Source: a virus (Duplodnaviria; Heunggongvirae; Uroviricota; Caudoviricetes). Taken from it: DNA of 52,019 bases. The translations under genes and the position numbers were made by a program. The stretch is from IMG/VR virus record IMGVR_UViG_2724679140_000011, positions 1 through 52,019 of that record; one strand, 5' to 3'. Positions within the stretch are counted from its first letter, which is position 1. Each line of letters begins with the position of its first letter. The notes under the pieces are model-generated. The model was given only the letters and a program-made list of their open reading frames with translations. It was not told the DNA's origin and did no database searches. Of the stretch, positions 40,364-50,600 are shown piece by piece.

Positions 40364-41110
40364 ATGATGAAACGTGTCTCTTTTTCTCTTGCAGAAACAT
40401 ATGAAGCTGATGTAATTAAAAAGTATCAGTATTTAAAAAAATGCTCATTTTCAGCAGCGATTAAAGAGTGTTTAAAGCTAGGGGCTCCTGTTTTAAACAG
40501 GATAAATGAAAATATTGCTGCTATAACTGATATAGAGGATAAGCTACGTCAGTTTTTTAATGAGGAACCATTTGTGCAACGGACAAAGCCTGAAATAACA
40601 AAAGGAGAGTTTTTTCATAGCATTTATAAATCGCATATCAAATATGAATATGATGTTCTCGATAGAAAGATATTTCCTCATGAAAGCACCAGAAATGCTA
40701 TGGGAGTTGCAGAGAAAAAGGGAATTAAAGAGAATGCGACCTTAATGCTGGAATATTATAAAGTTGAGAAGGCAATTTGTATTTACACGAACAGAAAAGT
40801 TTCCCATACCCTGAATTGTGCAGGAGGGTTTTATAAAACCATTCTGATTAAAACCAGTGTTTTTGGGGATTGTTTTTTTGACTTTTGCAATTCAGTTTGC
40901 CTGCCGATAGATGAGTTGATTGAGTATGGTACGAAAGAAACAGTGAGGCGACATCAGATTCGTAGTACAGGATTTTGTACTTTTCATATTCCGATTTTTT
41001 ATATCAACAATAAGGCTGTAATAGTGCCTGTTCTGAGAACAGAGGAAGTTTCACAAAGTTCCAGAACAGGTGGAGATGTTATTATTATTAACCCATTTGA
41101 AGATGAATGA
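40364..41110 (+). CDS. hypothetical protein, 248 aa, N-terminal RHH-like segment
   Basis: aaaggag SD; N-terminal KRVSFSLAETYEADVIKKYQ resembles a ribbon-helix-helix start. Confidence 0.55.
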   Translation: MMKRVSFSLAETYEADVIKKYQYLKKCSFSAAIKECLKLGAPVLNRINENIAAITDIEDKLRQFFNEEPFVQRTKPEITKGEFFHSIYKSHIKYEYDVLDRKIFPHESTRNAMGVAEKKGIKENATLMLEYYKVEKAICIYTNRKVSHTLNCAGGFYKTILIKTSVFGDCFFDFCNSVCLPIDELIEYGTKETVRRHQIRSTGFCTFHIPIFYINNKAVIVPVLRTEEVSQSSRTGGDVIIINPFEDE

Positions 41111-41331
41111 TTATGGCCCGCGTAGATTTATTCATAACCCAGAAATCGTGGTGTAAATGATGAACAGAAACCGCTTTCTGAGGTTAAAGAGAGCAATCAT
41201 TACCCGGGAGTGGCCAACTCTTTTATCGAGTACTTTTCCGATGTATCTGGAGAGTCTCCCTTAGAAAAGAGTAATGCGACTCAGGAAAAAACAGGTTCAA
41301 TAATTAATTCATGACACCAGTTTGAGGCATT

Positions 41332-41892
41332 ATGGCGAGTTTTGCATACATAGACTCTGAAAAATGGTCAAAACTTAATCGCTTAAAATCCATGATTCAG
41401 AGATATTTTAAAGAACCACTATTGCAGTTAACAGGCGAATTGGGTCGCCCGGATTATACTCTGGCAGACAGAAAACGGTTAGTTCGACTCCTGACGCAGG
41501 ATATGCAAAGGGGTGATATTCTGATTACTAAATCGTTAACTTGTTTTGGTAATACGCCGGAAAAAATACAGGAGGTTTTATCTTTAAGTATCAGACAAGG
41601 TATTAATATTTGCTTTTTTATGTCATCAGAGTTGCCGGATGGTGATGATATTCCTGTGGTACTCACCGGGATGATTTTACCTACAGATATTAGAGGAAAA
41701 ATTCCCGACATCAGTATCCGGAAAATTAAAAGAAAACCAGGAAGGAAAGAAGGGAGTATTCATAGTAAAAATATCAGACAGTTGAAATTGCAGGGGTTCA
41801 GTCAGTCACAAACAGCCAGAAAATTAAGCATCAGTTTATCCACTGTAAAAAGACACTGGGATAAAGGTATTGTTGATCTAACTGCAGAGTAA
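41332..41892 (+). CDS. degenerate serine-recombinase-like protein with C-terminal Hin-type HTH
   Basis: Resolvase-like layout with C-terminal SQSQTARKLSISLSTVKRH; the canonical YxRVS catalytic motif is not intact. Confidence 0.5.
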   Translation: MASFAYIDSEKWSKLNRLKSMIQRYFKEPLLQLTGELGRPDYTLADRKRLVRLLTQDMQRGDILITKSLTCFGNTPEKIQEVLSLSIRQGINICFFMSSELPDGDDIPVVLTGMILPTDIRGKIPDISIRKIKRKPGRKEGSIHSKNIRQLKLQGFSQSQTARKLSISLSTVKRHWDKGIVDLTAE

Positions 41893-42280
41893 TATTTTAT
41901 AGTCCTTGTAGCTATTGGCATTGGAGTTATAAATACATGTGTGTTGGATAGGTAATATATATTATATCTGTGATGTATAGTATCTGGTATCTGTGTAATG
42001 ATGGATATGATGTACTAATAGAGCTAATGGTATTCTGATACCAAATAATTAGTTGTGTATAGATCATAACTCTGTTTAATGTTTTAGAACGTTCTAATGT
42101 AACTGTGTAACATCATCCTGTTCTCTAATGTAACAATAGGTAGTAGCGTTTTTCTTAATTGACGCCCAGAGGGTTATATATCCCTCTGGGAAGTACTGAT
42201 ACGAATATTAATATCTGCTTCTGTTGTGTATTGGGTAGGTTAACTATTAGCTTATCCCTGAAAGCAAAAGGAATATTAAC

Positions 42281-42895
42281 ATGATTACGATTGAAACTCT
42301 TTACGGTGAATGCCATGAGGCTCACGGGTTAAAAATAAGAAACCAGGTGGATAACCTTTTCCAGAAACATCCCAGAATAACGGCAATACGGGTGGATCTC
42401 CATTACCCTCCCGTGATTGACAACGGGGATACCATTACCTGTTTTCCTAACCTGAGTCCCGGAGAGATATCTCGTTTCCGTAACTCGCTGAATGCGAAAA
42501 TTAATGCAGATCAACACCGTAAAAAACAACAAGGCAAACGCACCTACGCAACGTCGGTTTGTATTATCTGGGCGAAAGAATATACGCAGTCCTTTAAATG
42601 TCATTATCACGTCTGCCTTTTTTTTAACAAAGACGCTTATTACCACCTGGGAGACTATGAGCGCTCTGACACCCTGAGAGGGTTAATTACCGGAGCCTGG
42701 TACAGTGCCTTAGGGTTAGAACTGGAAGATCACCAGGGACTAGTTCATTTCCCTGCTAATGGACGTTACATCCTGGATATTAACGATCCTGATTTCCCTG
42801 AGCAGTATCAGCGCTTATTGGCACGTCTGGATTATCTGACGAAGCTCGACACTAAAGCATCAGGCCAGCGTAACTTTGGCTACAGCGGTTTTTGA
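42281..42895 (+). CDS. YagK/YfjJ-family (inovirus Gp2-like) protein, tentative
   Basis: CHYHVCLFFNKD segment; family typical of CP4-type islands as recalled. Confidence 0.5.
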   Translation: MITIETLYGECHEAHGLKIRNQVDNLFQKHPRITAIRVDLHYPPVIDNGDTITCFPNLSPGEISRFRNSLNAKINADQHRKKQQGKRTYATSVCIIWAKEYTQSFKCHYHVCLFFNKDAYYHLGDYERSDTLRGLITGAWYSALGLELEDHQGLVHFPANGRYILDINDPDFPEQYQRLLARLDYLTKLDTKASGQRNFGYSGF

Positions 42896-42922
42896 CCTAT
42901 TGTAACTGTAAGGTGATTTATT

Positions 42923-43489
42923 ATGTATACAGAATCAAACGTTAAGCTTTCCTGTAATGCCCTCTGGCAAAAGTGTGTCCTTGCAACTCTGTACCGGGCT
43001 GCAGCTACACATCCTAAAATTAAATTATTACAATTTAAATTAATACCTTACCCTGGTATGAATAAGGCAATTCCATCTCTGATGGCTGATTTTACTGGTG
43101 AACTGCATAGACTAATTTCTGAATATTTGCAGTGTAAGCGACGTAAAGATAAATCTGTTGAGCCCACCCCTTTATATTATCTCTGGAGTAGGGAGGCCAT
43201 GGCTAACGATACCACTCCTTATCTTATGGTACTGCTACTTAATAACGATGTCTGGTGTAAGAGTCGTGAGGTGGTGGTTCTCAGAAATCTGATTGAGCAG
43301 GCGTGGGGAAAAGTATTGGATGAAGATAACTCTGTTACACATCTGGTTGTGTATCCTGAAGTGCTGTCGTTAGTATTTGATGCAGCTAACACATACAACA
43401 CTGAGCTTGGTGTACTGGAACAGACGGCCCAGGCTTACATTGAATCGCATGGTGCCATTGAACGTCATCTTGGGTGTAGTGACTTTTAA
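42923..43489 (+). CDS. paralogue of 42281..42895 (YagK/YfjJ-like)
   Basis: Similar length and shared YLMVLLLNND-type core with the upstream gene. Confidence 0.5.
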   Translation: MYTESNVKLSCNALWQKCVLATLYRAAATHPKIKLLQFKLIPYPGMNKAIPSLMADFTGELHRLISEYLQCKRRKDKSVEPTPLYYLWSREAMANDTTPYLMVLLLNNDVWCKSREVVVLRNLIEQAWGKVLDEDNSVTHLVVYPEVLSLVFDAANTYNTELGVLEQTAQAYIESHGAIERHLGCSDF

Positions 43490-43819
43490 CCTCAGGTGAT
43501 GCATAAGGGCCTTTCGCTGAGAGGCCCTGTTTACACAATTAAATAAATCGAGCCCGACCAGCAATTTTGACGTTGACGGCAGGATTATTGAGGGGCAATC
43601 AATGTGTTATTCGGCAGCGATTACGGTAGTGAACGGACCTGCTGTCTGAATGGTATCGATCCGCAAGCGTATCTGCGCCATATTCTGTGCGTACTACTGA
43701 AATGGCTAATGGCAGTAAAGAGAGACTTTACATATATTTGCATAAAGTAGGATTTTACGACTAGTCAACATTTTTTATAATTCTTCAGGTTCAGAGTATC
43801 TGACATACAGGGTTATGTA

Positions 43820-44536
43820 TTGGGGAGACATTTAATGTTTGGCCATCTGCTACGATACTTTAGTTTCTGTAAAAAAGATTTATTAGTATTTCATCCTGAA
43901 TCTGATTATTCAGATAATTTACGTAAAGCCTTCTCTTTTACAAAAAGGCTGGGATTTAATGAAGAATGGAATGGAGTCACAAAAAACAAAGAATACGATT
44001 ATCAGGATGTATTCAGTCATGTCTGTCTGCAGTCTGGCGTGACAGACTTTTCCGCTTCAGCAGGACAATGCTTAAAGTGGAGTCATTATTTTCAGCCATA
44101 TTTTGAGAATATCCTTGAATGTCGGGTATGGGTTACCGTCGGACAACTCTGGAAACAGGAAAGATTTATTTACAATCCGTCAGTTGCGGATTTTCAGCGC
44201 TGGTCTGAAAAAGGGATTCAGCCTGAGGATTTCAGACATCACTCAGGGTTTAACTTTCATGCGTGGTTGACGACGGAAAATGGTGTGATTGTGGATGTTT
44301 CCTTTATGAGTACGTTATCGCGGCGATTACCTGAACACCTGAGTGAAGTCAGTGGAAGTGTGATTATTGGCCCGCCAGAGACGGTTCTTCCTGAGCATAA
44401 ATATGTTCCCATGATTGTCGGTCAGAGGATTGTTGAGAAAATAGAAAAACGCTCTTTCATTGATTTTCTGGCGCACGACGATATTGATTTATATACAGTG
44501 CCTGCAATCCTGGTTCCGGTATGGAAAGAATGTTAA
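43820..44536 (+). CDS. hypothetical protein, 238 aa
   Basis: ORF upstream of the CDI locus. Confidence 0.5.
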   Translation: MGRHLMFGHLLRYFSFCKKDLLVFHPESDYSDNLRKAFSFTKRLGFNEEWNGVTKNKEYDYQDVFSHVCLQSGVTDFSASAGQCLKWSHYFQPYFENILECRVWVTVGQLWKQERFIYNPSVADFQRWSEKGIQPEDFRHHSGFNFHAWLTTENGVIVDVSFMSTLSRRLPEHLSEVSGSVIIGPPETVLPEHKYVPMIVGQRIVEKIEKRSFIDFLAHDDIDLYTVPAILVPVWKEC

Positions 44537-45338
44537 AGCACGGAATAACACTATGCACTTACCGTTTTCCGGAACTCAGCTTGTTATCTGAGCGGTCAAC
44601 AGAGCAGTCTTTTAGTGTTTGCACCTGGTTGCCACTAAACCGGAGTCATTTATCAGAAGTATATTTTCATGGAAGGATATTGTCAGCGCCAGTGATATAA
44701 GACAGTAATGCGGATAACCGTCCCGCATAAACACCACCCAGATTTCCTCAACACTGGTCACGGTGACAAGCGCACCATGATCATCTCTGTATCGCTGAAT
44801 CAGGAGTCTCAGCCTCCTGATGTGTTTTGTTAATTTCCTGTTTTTACTAAAAATTCCCACTCCTTCTTTCATTGCATTTTGTCGTGCTCTTCCTTCATAT
44901 CCTTCCCGTTTTCCAGAAATCACTTAAATGCTGTTGAATCGTCACGCATTGCAATTTTCAATGACTGAAATCAAAAAATGATATTTTTTTAGCTAACCAA
45001 CTGTATTAAAAGCATTCAGTGGAATAATTTTCTGCACTTTTCCATTAATTATGGTTATAAGTTTTGCGATATGCTGTTTTTGCGATATTCGGCAGAATAA
45101 AGATCTGTTCATTTGTGTTATATCGATCGATAAATCTGTCATATTGCTGTCGCTCAGATCATTATTCTATAATGATCAAAATTAAGTCAATTCTGAACGG
45201 ATTTGTTACTCAGCATTCTGGTACCGGTTGGTGTGGGTAAATACCGGAAGGGCGGTAGCGTACCACTGCAAAACATGGTGGGAGGTATCGTCAGGAGGCT
45301 GGTGATTGTTGGTATGGCATGAATAAAAGGTTTTTCGT

Positions 45339-47078
45339 TTGACTGGAAAATTATGTTGCAGGAACGAGAGGGCTGAGGAACAAAGCGTATTCCGGCGCTG
45401 TCCGTCCTTGCTGTCACTGACACTGATGTCTGTTTTACTATCGCCTTTATCTCTTCAGGCAGCGGATATCCGGCGTAGTGGAGAGGATACATTTATCATT
45501 CAGCAGCAGCGTCAGGAAGCCCTTGAGCAACAACTGACGCCTTCAGCCCCTGATGTTCGCCTTTCTGCACCTGGCTCTTTTGCCCATAAGATTAATTTTC
45601 CTGTTGAAACGCCCTGTTTTCAGATTAAACAGACGGAACTGAAGGGGGCTGATGCGTTACCACACTGGCTGCCTTTACAAAAAATCGCCAACGGGGCGGT
45701 CGGGCATTGCCTGGGGGCGAAAGGAATTAATCTGCTGATGAGTACATTGCAGAACCGTCTGGTCGATCATGGTTATGTCACCACCCGTGTTCTGGCACCT
45801 TCGCAGGATTTAAAAAGCGGTATCCTCCGGCTGGTTATTATTCCCGGTGTTGTGCGACATGTGCGTCTGACACCGGACAGTGATGACTATATTCAGTTGT
45901 ATTCCTCATTCCCGGCACACGAAGGTTCTCTGCTGGATTTACGGGACATTGAGCAGGGGCTGGAGAATATGCAACGACTGCCGGGTGTGCAGGCTGATAT
46001 GGAAATTGTGCCCGGTGAGCAGCCAGGGGAAAGTGATATTCTTATTACCCGTAAACAGGATAAATACTGGCGACTGGGGTTTTCGCTTGATGATTCAGGT
46101 ACCCGCAGCACAGGGCGTTATCTCGGTGGTATAACATTTTCTCTGGATAATCCTTTTTCCCTGAGTGACCTGCTGTATGTTTCTGCCACCCATAATTTTC
46201 CACATTACGGGGGTAAGGGCAGTAAAAACTACACGGCCCATTACTCTGTGCCTTTCGGTTACTGGCAGTTTTCCGTCACCGCCAGTGATTACGATTACCA
46301 TCAGACGGTAGCTGGTGCGGTTGAGGATTACCAGTACAGTGGCGAGAGTCAGAATCTGGGCATGCAGCTGAGCCGGGTACTGCACCGTAACGGGACGCAG
46401 AAAACGGTGCTGACTTACGATGTTCAGGCCCGCAGGTCGCGTAACTACATTAATGATACGGAAATCCAGGTGCAGCGCCGGCAGACAGCGGCCTGGCGAC
46501 TTGGGCTGCAGCACCGTCATTATATTTCTCAGGCCACACTGGATGCTGGTGTCAGCTGGCAACGGGGAACCCGCTGGTTTGGTGCACAGCCGGCACCGGA
46601 GGAAATCTTCGGTGAGGCAACGGCGCTCAGTAAGATCCTGCAGATGAATGCATCCTTTAATCTGCCCTTTACACTGGCAGAGCAGCCCTTCAGTTATTCC
46701 TTCCGGTATCAGCGCCAGCTGAGCAATACCCCGCTGACCCCACAGGAACAGTTTGCCATCGGTAACCGCTGGACGGTTCGTGGTTTTGACGGGGAGCGAA
46801 CGCTGAATGCCAGTAACGGCTGGTATATCCGCAACGACCTGGCCTGGCGTACGCCACTGCCGGAGCAGGAGTTATATCTGGGAATGGATTACGGCGAGGT
46901 GGGGGGAGCCGGCAGTGAATATCTGGTGGGACGTCATCTGGCCGGTGGTGTTGTGGGGCTGAGGGGGCAACTGTTCAGTACGGATTATGACGTTTTCATC
47001 GGTCGTCCGTTTTCAAAGCCGGCGGGTTTTATGACGAGTGATGTGACAGCCGGTTTTAATCTGTTCCGGGATTTCTGA
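45339..47078 (+). CDS. cdiB: two-partner secretion outer-membrane transporter (TpsB; ShlB/FhaC/CdiB family); start uncertain between 45339 and 45426
   Basis: RR-containing signal peptide, POTRA-like region, C-terminus ending GFNLFRDF typical of a beta-barrel. Confidence 0.85.
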   Translation: MTGKLCCRNERAEEQSVFRRCPSLLSLTLMSVLLSPLSLQAADIRRSGEDTFIIQQQRQEALEQQLTPSAPDVRLSAPGSFAHKINFPVETPCFQIKQTELKGADALPHWLPLQKIANGAVGHCLGAKGINLLMSTLQNRLVDHGYVTTRVLAPSQDLKSGILRLVIIPGVVRHVRLTPDSDDYIQLYSSFPAHEGSLLDLRDIEQGLENMQRLPGVQADMEIVPGEQPGESDILITRKQDKYWRLGFSLDDSGTRSTGRYLGGITFSLDNPFSLSDLLYVSATHNFPHYGGKGSKNYTAHYSVPFGYWQFSVTASDYDYHQTVAGAVEDYQYSGESQNLGMQLSRVLHRNGTQKTVLTYDVQARRSRNYINDTEIQVQRRQTAAWRLGLQHRHYISQATLDAGVSWQRGTRWFGAQPAPEEIFGEATALSKILQMNASFNLPFTLAEQPFSYSFRYQRQLSNTPLTPQEQFAIGNRWTVRGFDGERTLNASNGWYIRNDLAWRTPLPEQELYLGMDYGEVGGAGSEYLVGRHLAGGVVGLRGQLFSTDYDVFIGRPFSKPAGFMTSDVTAGFNLFRDF

Positions 47079-47087
47079 GAAAGTTTC

Positions 47088-47615
47088 ATGCGTAACGGGA
47101 AATATGACGTTCTGAGTCCCCTGTATTCCGGTGAGCCGGTCAATGAGGCGGAAGTCCTGGGGGCGGCCGTCTGGTTGTGGATGCACTCCCCCCTGCATCG
47201 TGATGCGCCACTGCATACCCTGCCGGACCTGCTGCTGCCGGTGATTAAGCACCGACAGTATGTGGTGGCAACAGAGCAGGGGCGACCGGTTTTCTTCATG
47301 AGCCAGGCCTGGCTCAGCCCGGAGGCAGAGGCGCGTTATCTTACGCAGCCGGCAATTCTCATGCCTCAGTCGGACTGGAACAGCGGCGACCGGATGTGGG
47401 TCTGTGACTGGGTTGCCCCTTTTGGACACACTCCGGATATGAGTCGTCTTGTCCGGCAGGATATTTTTCCCCGTCTGTGCTGGCGTTCGCTGTACCACCG
47501 TGGGCAGCAGACCGGGTTACGGGTGATGAATTTCCGGGGTGCACAGGTCAGTCGTGAAGAGGCGCGCCAGTGGCGTGTGCAGCACCCGCTTGCTGTGGAT
47601 GTGCCGGAGAGATAA
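47088..47615 (+). CDS. cdiC: HlyC-family toxin-activating lysine acyltransferase (CdiC-like)
   Basis: VWLWMHSPLHRD...SGDRMWVCDWVAPFGH closely parallels HlyC VSWLW..SPLHRNW...SGDRKWFIDWIAPFG as recalled. Confidence 0.85.
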   Translation: MRNGKYDVLSPLYSGEPVNEAEVLGAAVWLWMHSPLHRDAPLHTLPDLLLPVIKHRQYVVATEQGRPVFFMSQAWLSPEAEARYLTQPAILMPQSDWNSGDRMWVCDWVAPFGHTPDMSRLVRQDIFPRLCWRSLYHRGQQTGLRVMNFRGAQVSREEARQWRVQHPLAVDVPER

Positions 47616-47630
47616 GTCAGGTTTATCAGA

Positions 47631-50600
47631 ATGAACAGAAATTGTTACCGCATTATTTTTAACAAAGCCCGGGGAATGCTGATGGTGGTGGCAGATATTG
47701 CCCGTTCCGGTCGCGCCGGTACATCACTGTCCTCCCGCACAGGATATCCACACAGGCAACGTATCTGCCGTGTCACGCCGCTTGCATTCTCTTTGTGGCT
47801 GGCTTCGGGGATGGTGCATTCTGTCAATGCTGCAGGCATTGCCGCAGACCATGGCGCACCGGGGCATCAGCAGCCCACGATTACGCAGACGGCCAGCGGC
47901 ATTCCGCAGGTGAATATTCAGACGCCTTCTGCCGGTGGGGTTTCACATAACACATACAGCCAGTTCGACGTCGGTAACAAGGGTGTCATTCTGAATAATG
48001 CCCATAACAATGTGCAGACTCAGCTGGGTGGCATGGTGGCCGGGAACCCGTGGCTGGCGAAGGGAGAGGCCAGAATCATTCTTAATGAAGTGAACAGTCG
48101 CAATCCCAGCCAGTTGAACGGTTTTGTTGAGGTTGCCGGTAAAAAGGCGCAGGTGGTGATTGCGAACCCGGCCGGCATCAGTTGCGACGGGTGCGGTTTT
48201 ATTAATGCGAACCGGGCCACGCTGACCACGGGGCAGCCTCAGATGAAAAACGGCAGTCTGACCGGATTCAGTGTTGAACGTGGTGAGATTCAGATTACGG
48301 GCAAAGGGATGGATGCCTCGCGCACGGATTATACCGATATCATTGCCCGGTCAGTGAAGATTAATGCGGGTATCTGGGCGCAGGACCTGAAAGTGACCAC
48401 CGGACGTAACAATGTGGATATCGCGCACGGGCAGACTGAGAAAAAAGCCGCTGATGCCTCTTCGCAGCCACAGGTGGCGCTGGATGTGTCCAGCCTTGGT
48501 GGAATGTATGCCGGAAAAATTCGCCTTGTCGGTACGGAAACGGGGGTGGGGGTTCGTAACGCCGGTCATATTGGTGCGCAGGCAGGGGCGGTTACCCTGA
48601 CGGCTGACGGACGTATTGAAAACAGTGGCAGTATCAGTGCGAAAACGGATGTGCATCTGGCGACAACCCGGGAGCTGCATAACAGTGGTTCTGTTTATGC
48701 GGGGCAGGATACGCAGATACAGAGTAATGGTGTATTCACCCATACAGGCTCTGTGGCATCACGTCGCAACACCCGGATTCAGACAGCGCGTCTGACCGGC
48801 GGTGAGCGGAGTCTGCTGGCCGCCGGGGTGAAAGATGACGGACGTCTGGCGGCAGCGGGCAACCTGACTGTCAGTACCACCGGCGAACTGGCGGCACACG
48901 GACAGGTTCTGTCCGGTGGGGACATGCAACTGAAGGGGCAGGGGCTGGATTTAAGCAACAGCCGGATACAGGGACAACATACTGAGCTGGATGCAACCAG
49001 TGGAAATCTGTCCACACAGAATGTGCAACTGAGCGCCGGCACGCTTTCCGCCCGGACTGCCGGGCACTTCAGCAATAATGGTGGCACGATAAATGCCGAC
49101 ACACTGCAGATATCGGCACAGAGCCTGTCAAACCACAGGGGTAAACTGATTCAGACGGGAACAGGGGATTTTTCACTGAACCTGCCGGGAGGTGTGGATA
49201 ACCGGGAAGGGCTGCTTGCGGCAAATGGCGCGGTGCGCCTGGATGCACTGAGCCTTGATAATCGCAGGGGGAAAGTGCAGGCGGTGCAGTCAGGCAGTCT
49301 GCAGGTGAAGACAACCGGTGCCGTGGACAACCAGCAGGGAAGTCTCACCGCCAGCCGTGATGTCCGGCTTAACGCTCAGGCGCTGAATAACGACAACGGA
49401 CTGATTTCAGCTGCTGCCGGAACGGGCAGGATAAAAACACAGCAGGCTGTCAGCAATACGGAGGGACGAATGGAGTCCGCCGGCAGGCTGGGTATTTCGG
49501 CAGGGAGTCTGAATAACCACCAGGGTACGGTGGTGTCTGACGGGCTGTCCGTGACGCTGGATGGTGCGCTGGATAATACGTCCGGCAGACTGCTTTCACA
49601 GAAAACGCTGTCTGTGTCAGGCAGCGAACTGGTCTCTGATGATGGTCTGATTCAGTCCGGCAGTGACATGACGCTGGATGTACAGGACGGGGTACTCAGT
49701 AACCGGAACACGAAAACACGGGGTGGTATCAGCAGCGCCGGTACCCTGACAGTACGGGCTGGTATGCTGAATAACCAGCAGGGATTTATAGTGGGTCAGA
49801 AGGATATGACCCTGAACGCCGGAACGCTCGATAACCGTCAGGGCGTGCTGGGGAGTCAGGCGTCATTGCAGATATCGTCAGGTACGCTGATGAACCAGAA
49901 AGGCGCACTGAAGGCCGGGACGGATATGTTGCTGAGTGGTGGTGATGTCAGTAATCAGGAAGGGACGCTTGCCGCCGGCAGAGACCTGAATGCGCACCTG
50001 AATGTGCTGGAAAATCAGCAGGGGGCGGTGGTCAGCAACGGTAACAGCAGGCTTGATGTCACACGGTTTGATAATCAGGGCGGCAGACTGGTGGCACAGC
50101 AGTCACTGACCCTTTCCTCGACGGATATCATCAACGATGCCAGTGGCCTGATACAGAGTGGTGCATCGCTGAATCTCCGTGCTGACACACTGAGTAACCG
50201 TAACAGTGGTGACCGGGGCGGGGTTATCAGTCAGGGCCCGATGACGCTGAATGCCGGCACACTGGACAGCACTGCCGGTGTGCTTTTGTCGGGAGATGCT
50301 CTGTCCTTGACTGCAGGCGTGGTTAACAATACATCCGGTCAGGTGGTGGCAAACGGTCTGCTCGGCTGGAACAGCCAGGCGCTGAACAATCAGTCCGGTC
50401 TTATTCAGGGGAGGGGTATCAGCATTAATACCGCAGGCCAGACGCTGGATAACAGACGCGGTACGCTGAACAGCCTGCAGGAACTGACTGTCAGTACCGG
50501 AGCAATGGATAACCGGGGCGGGACCGTGGGGGCGAAAACGACAGCTGACCTGAGCACCACCTCGCTGGATAACCGTGAGGGGGGCCGGCTGGTCAGTGAA

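Noticed and set aside
45880-47615. Antisense and alternative-frame ORFs within cdiB and cdiC
   Set aside because: They overlap confidently assigned genes and carry no independent signal.
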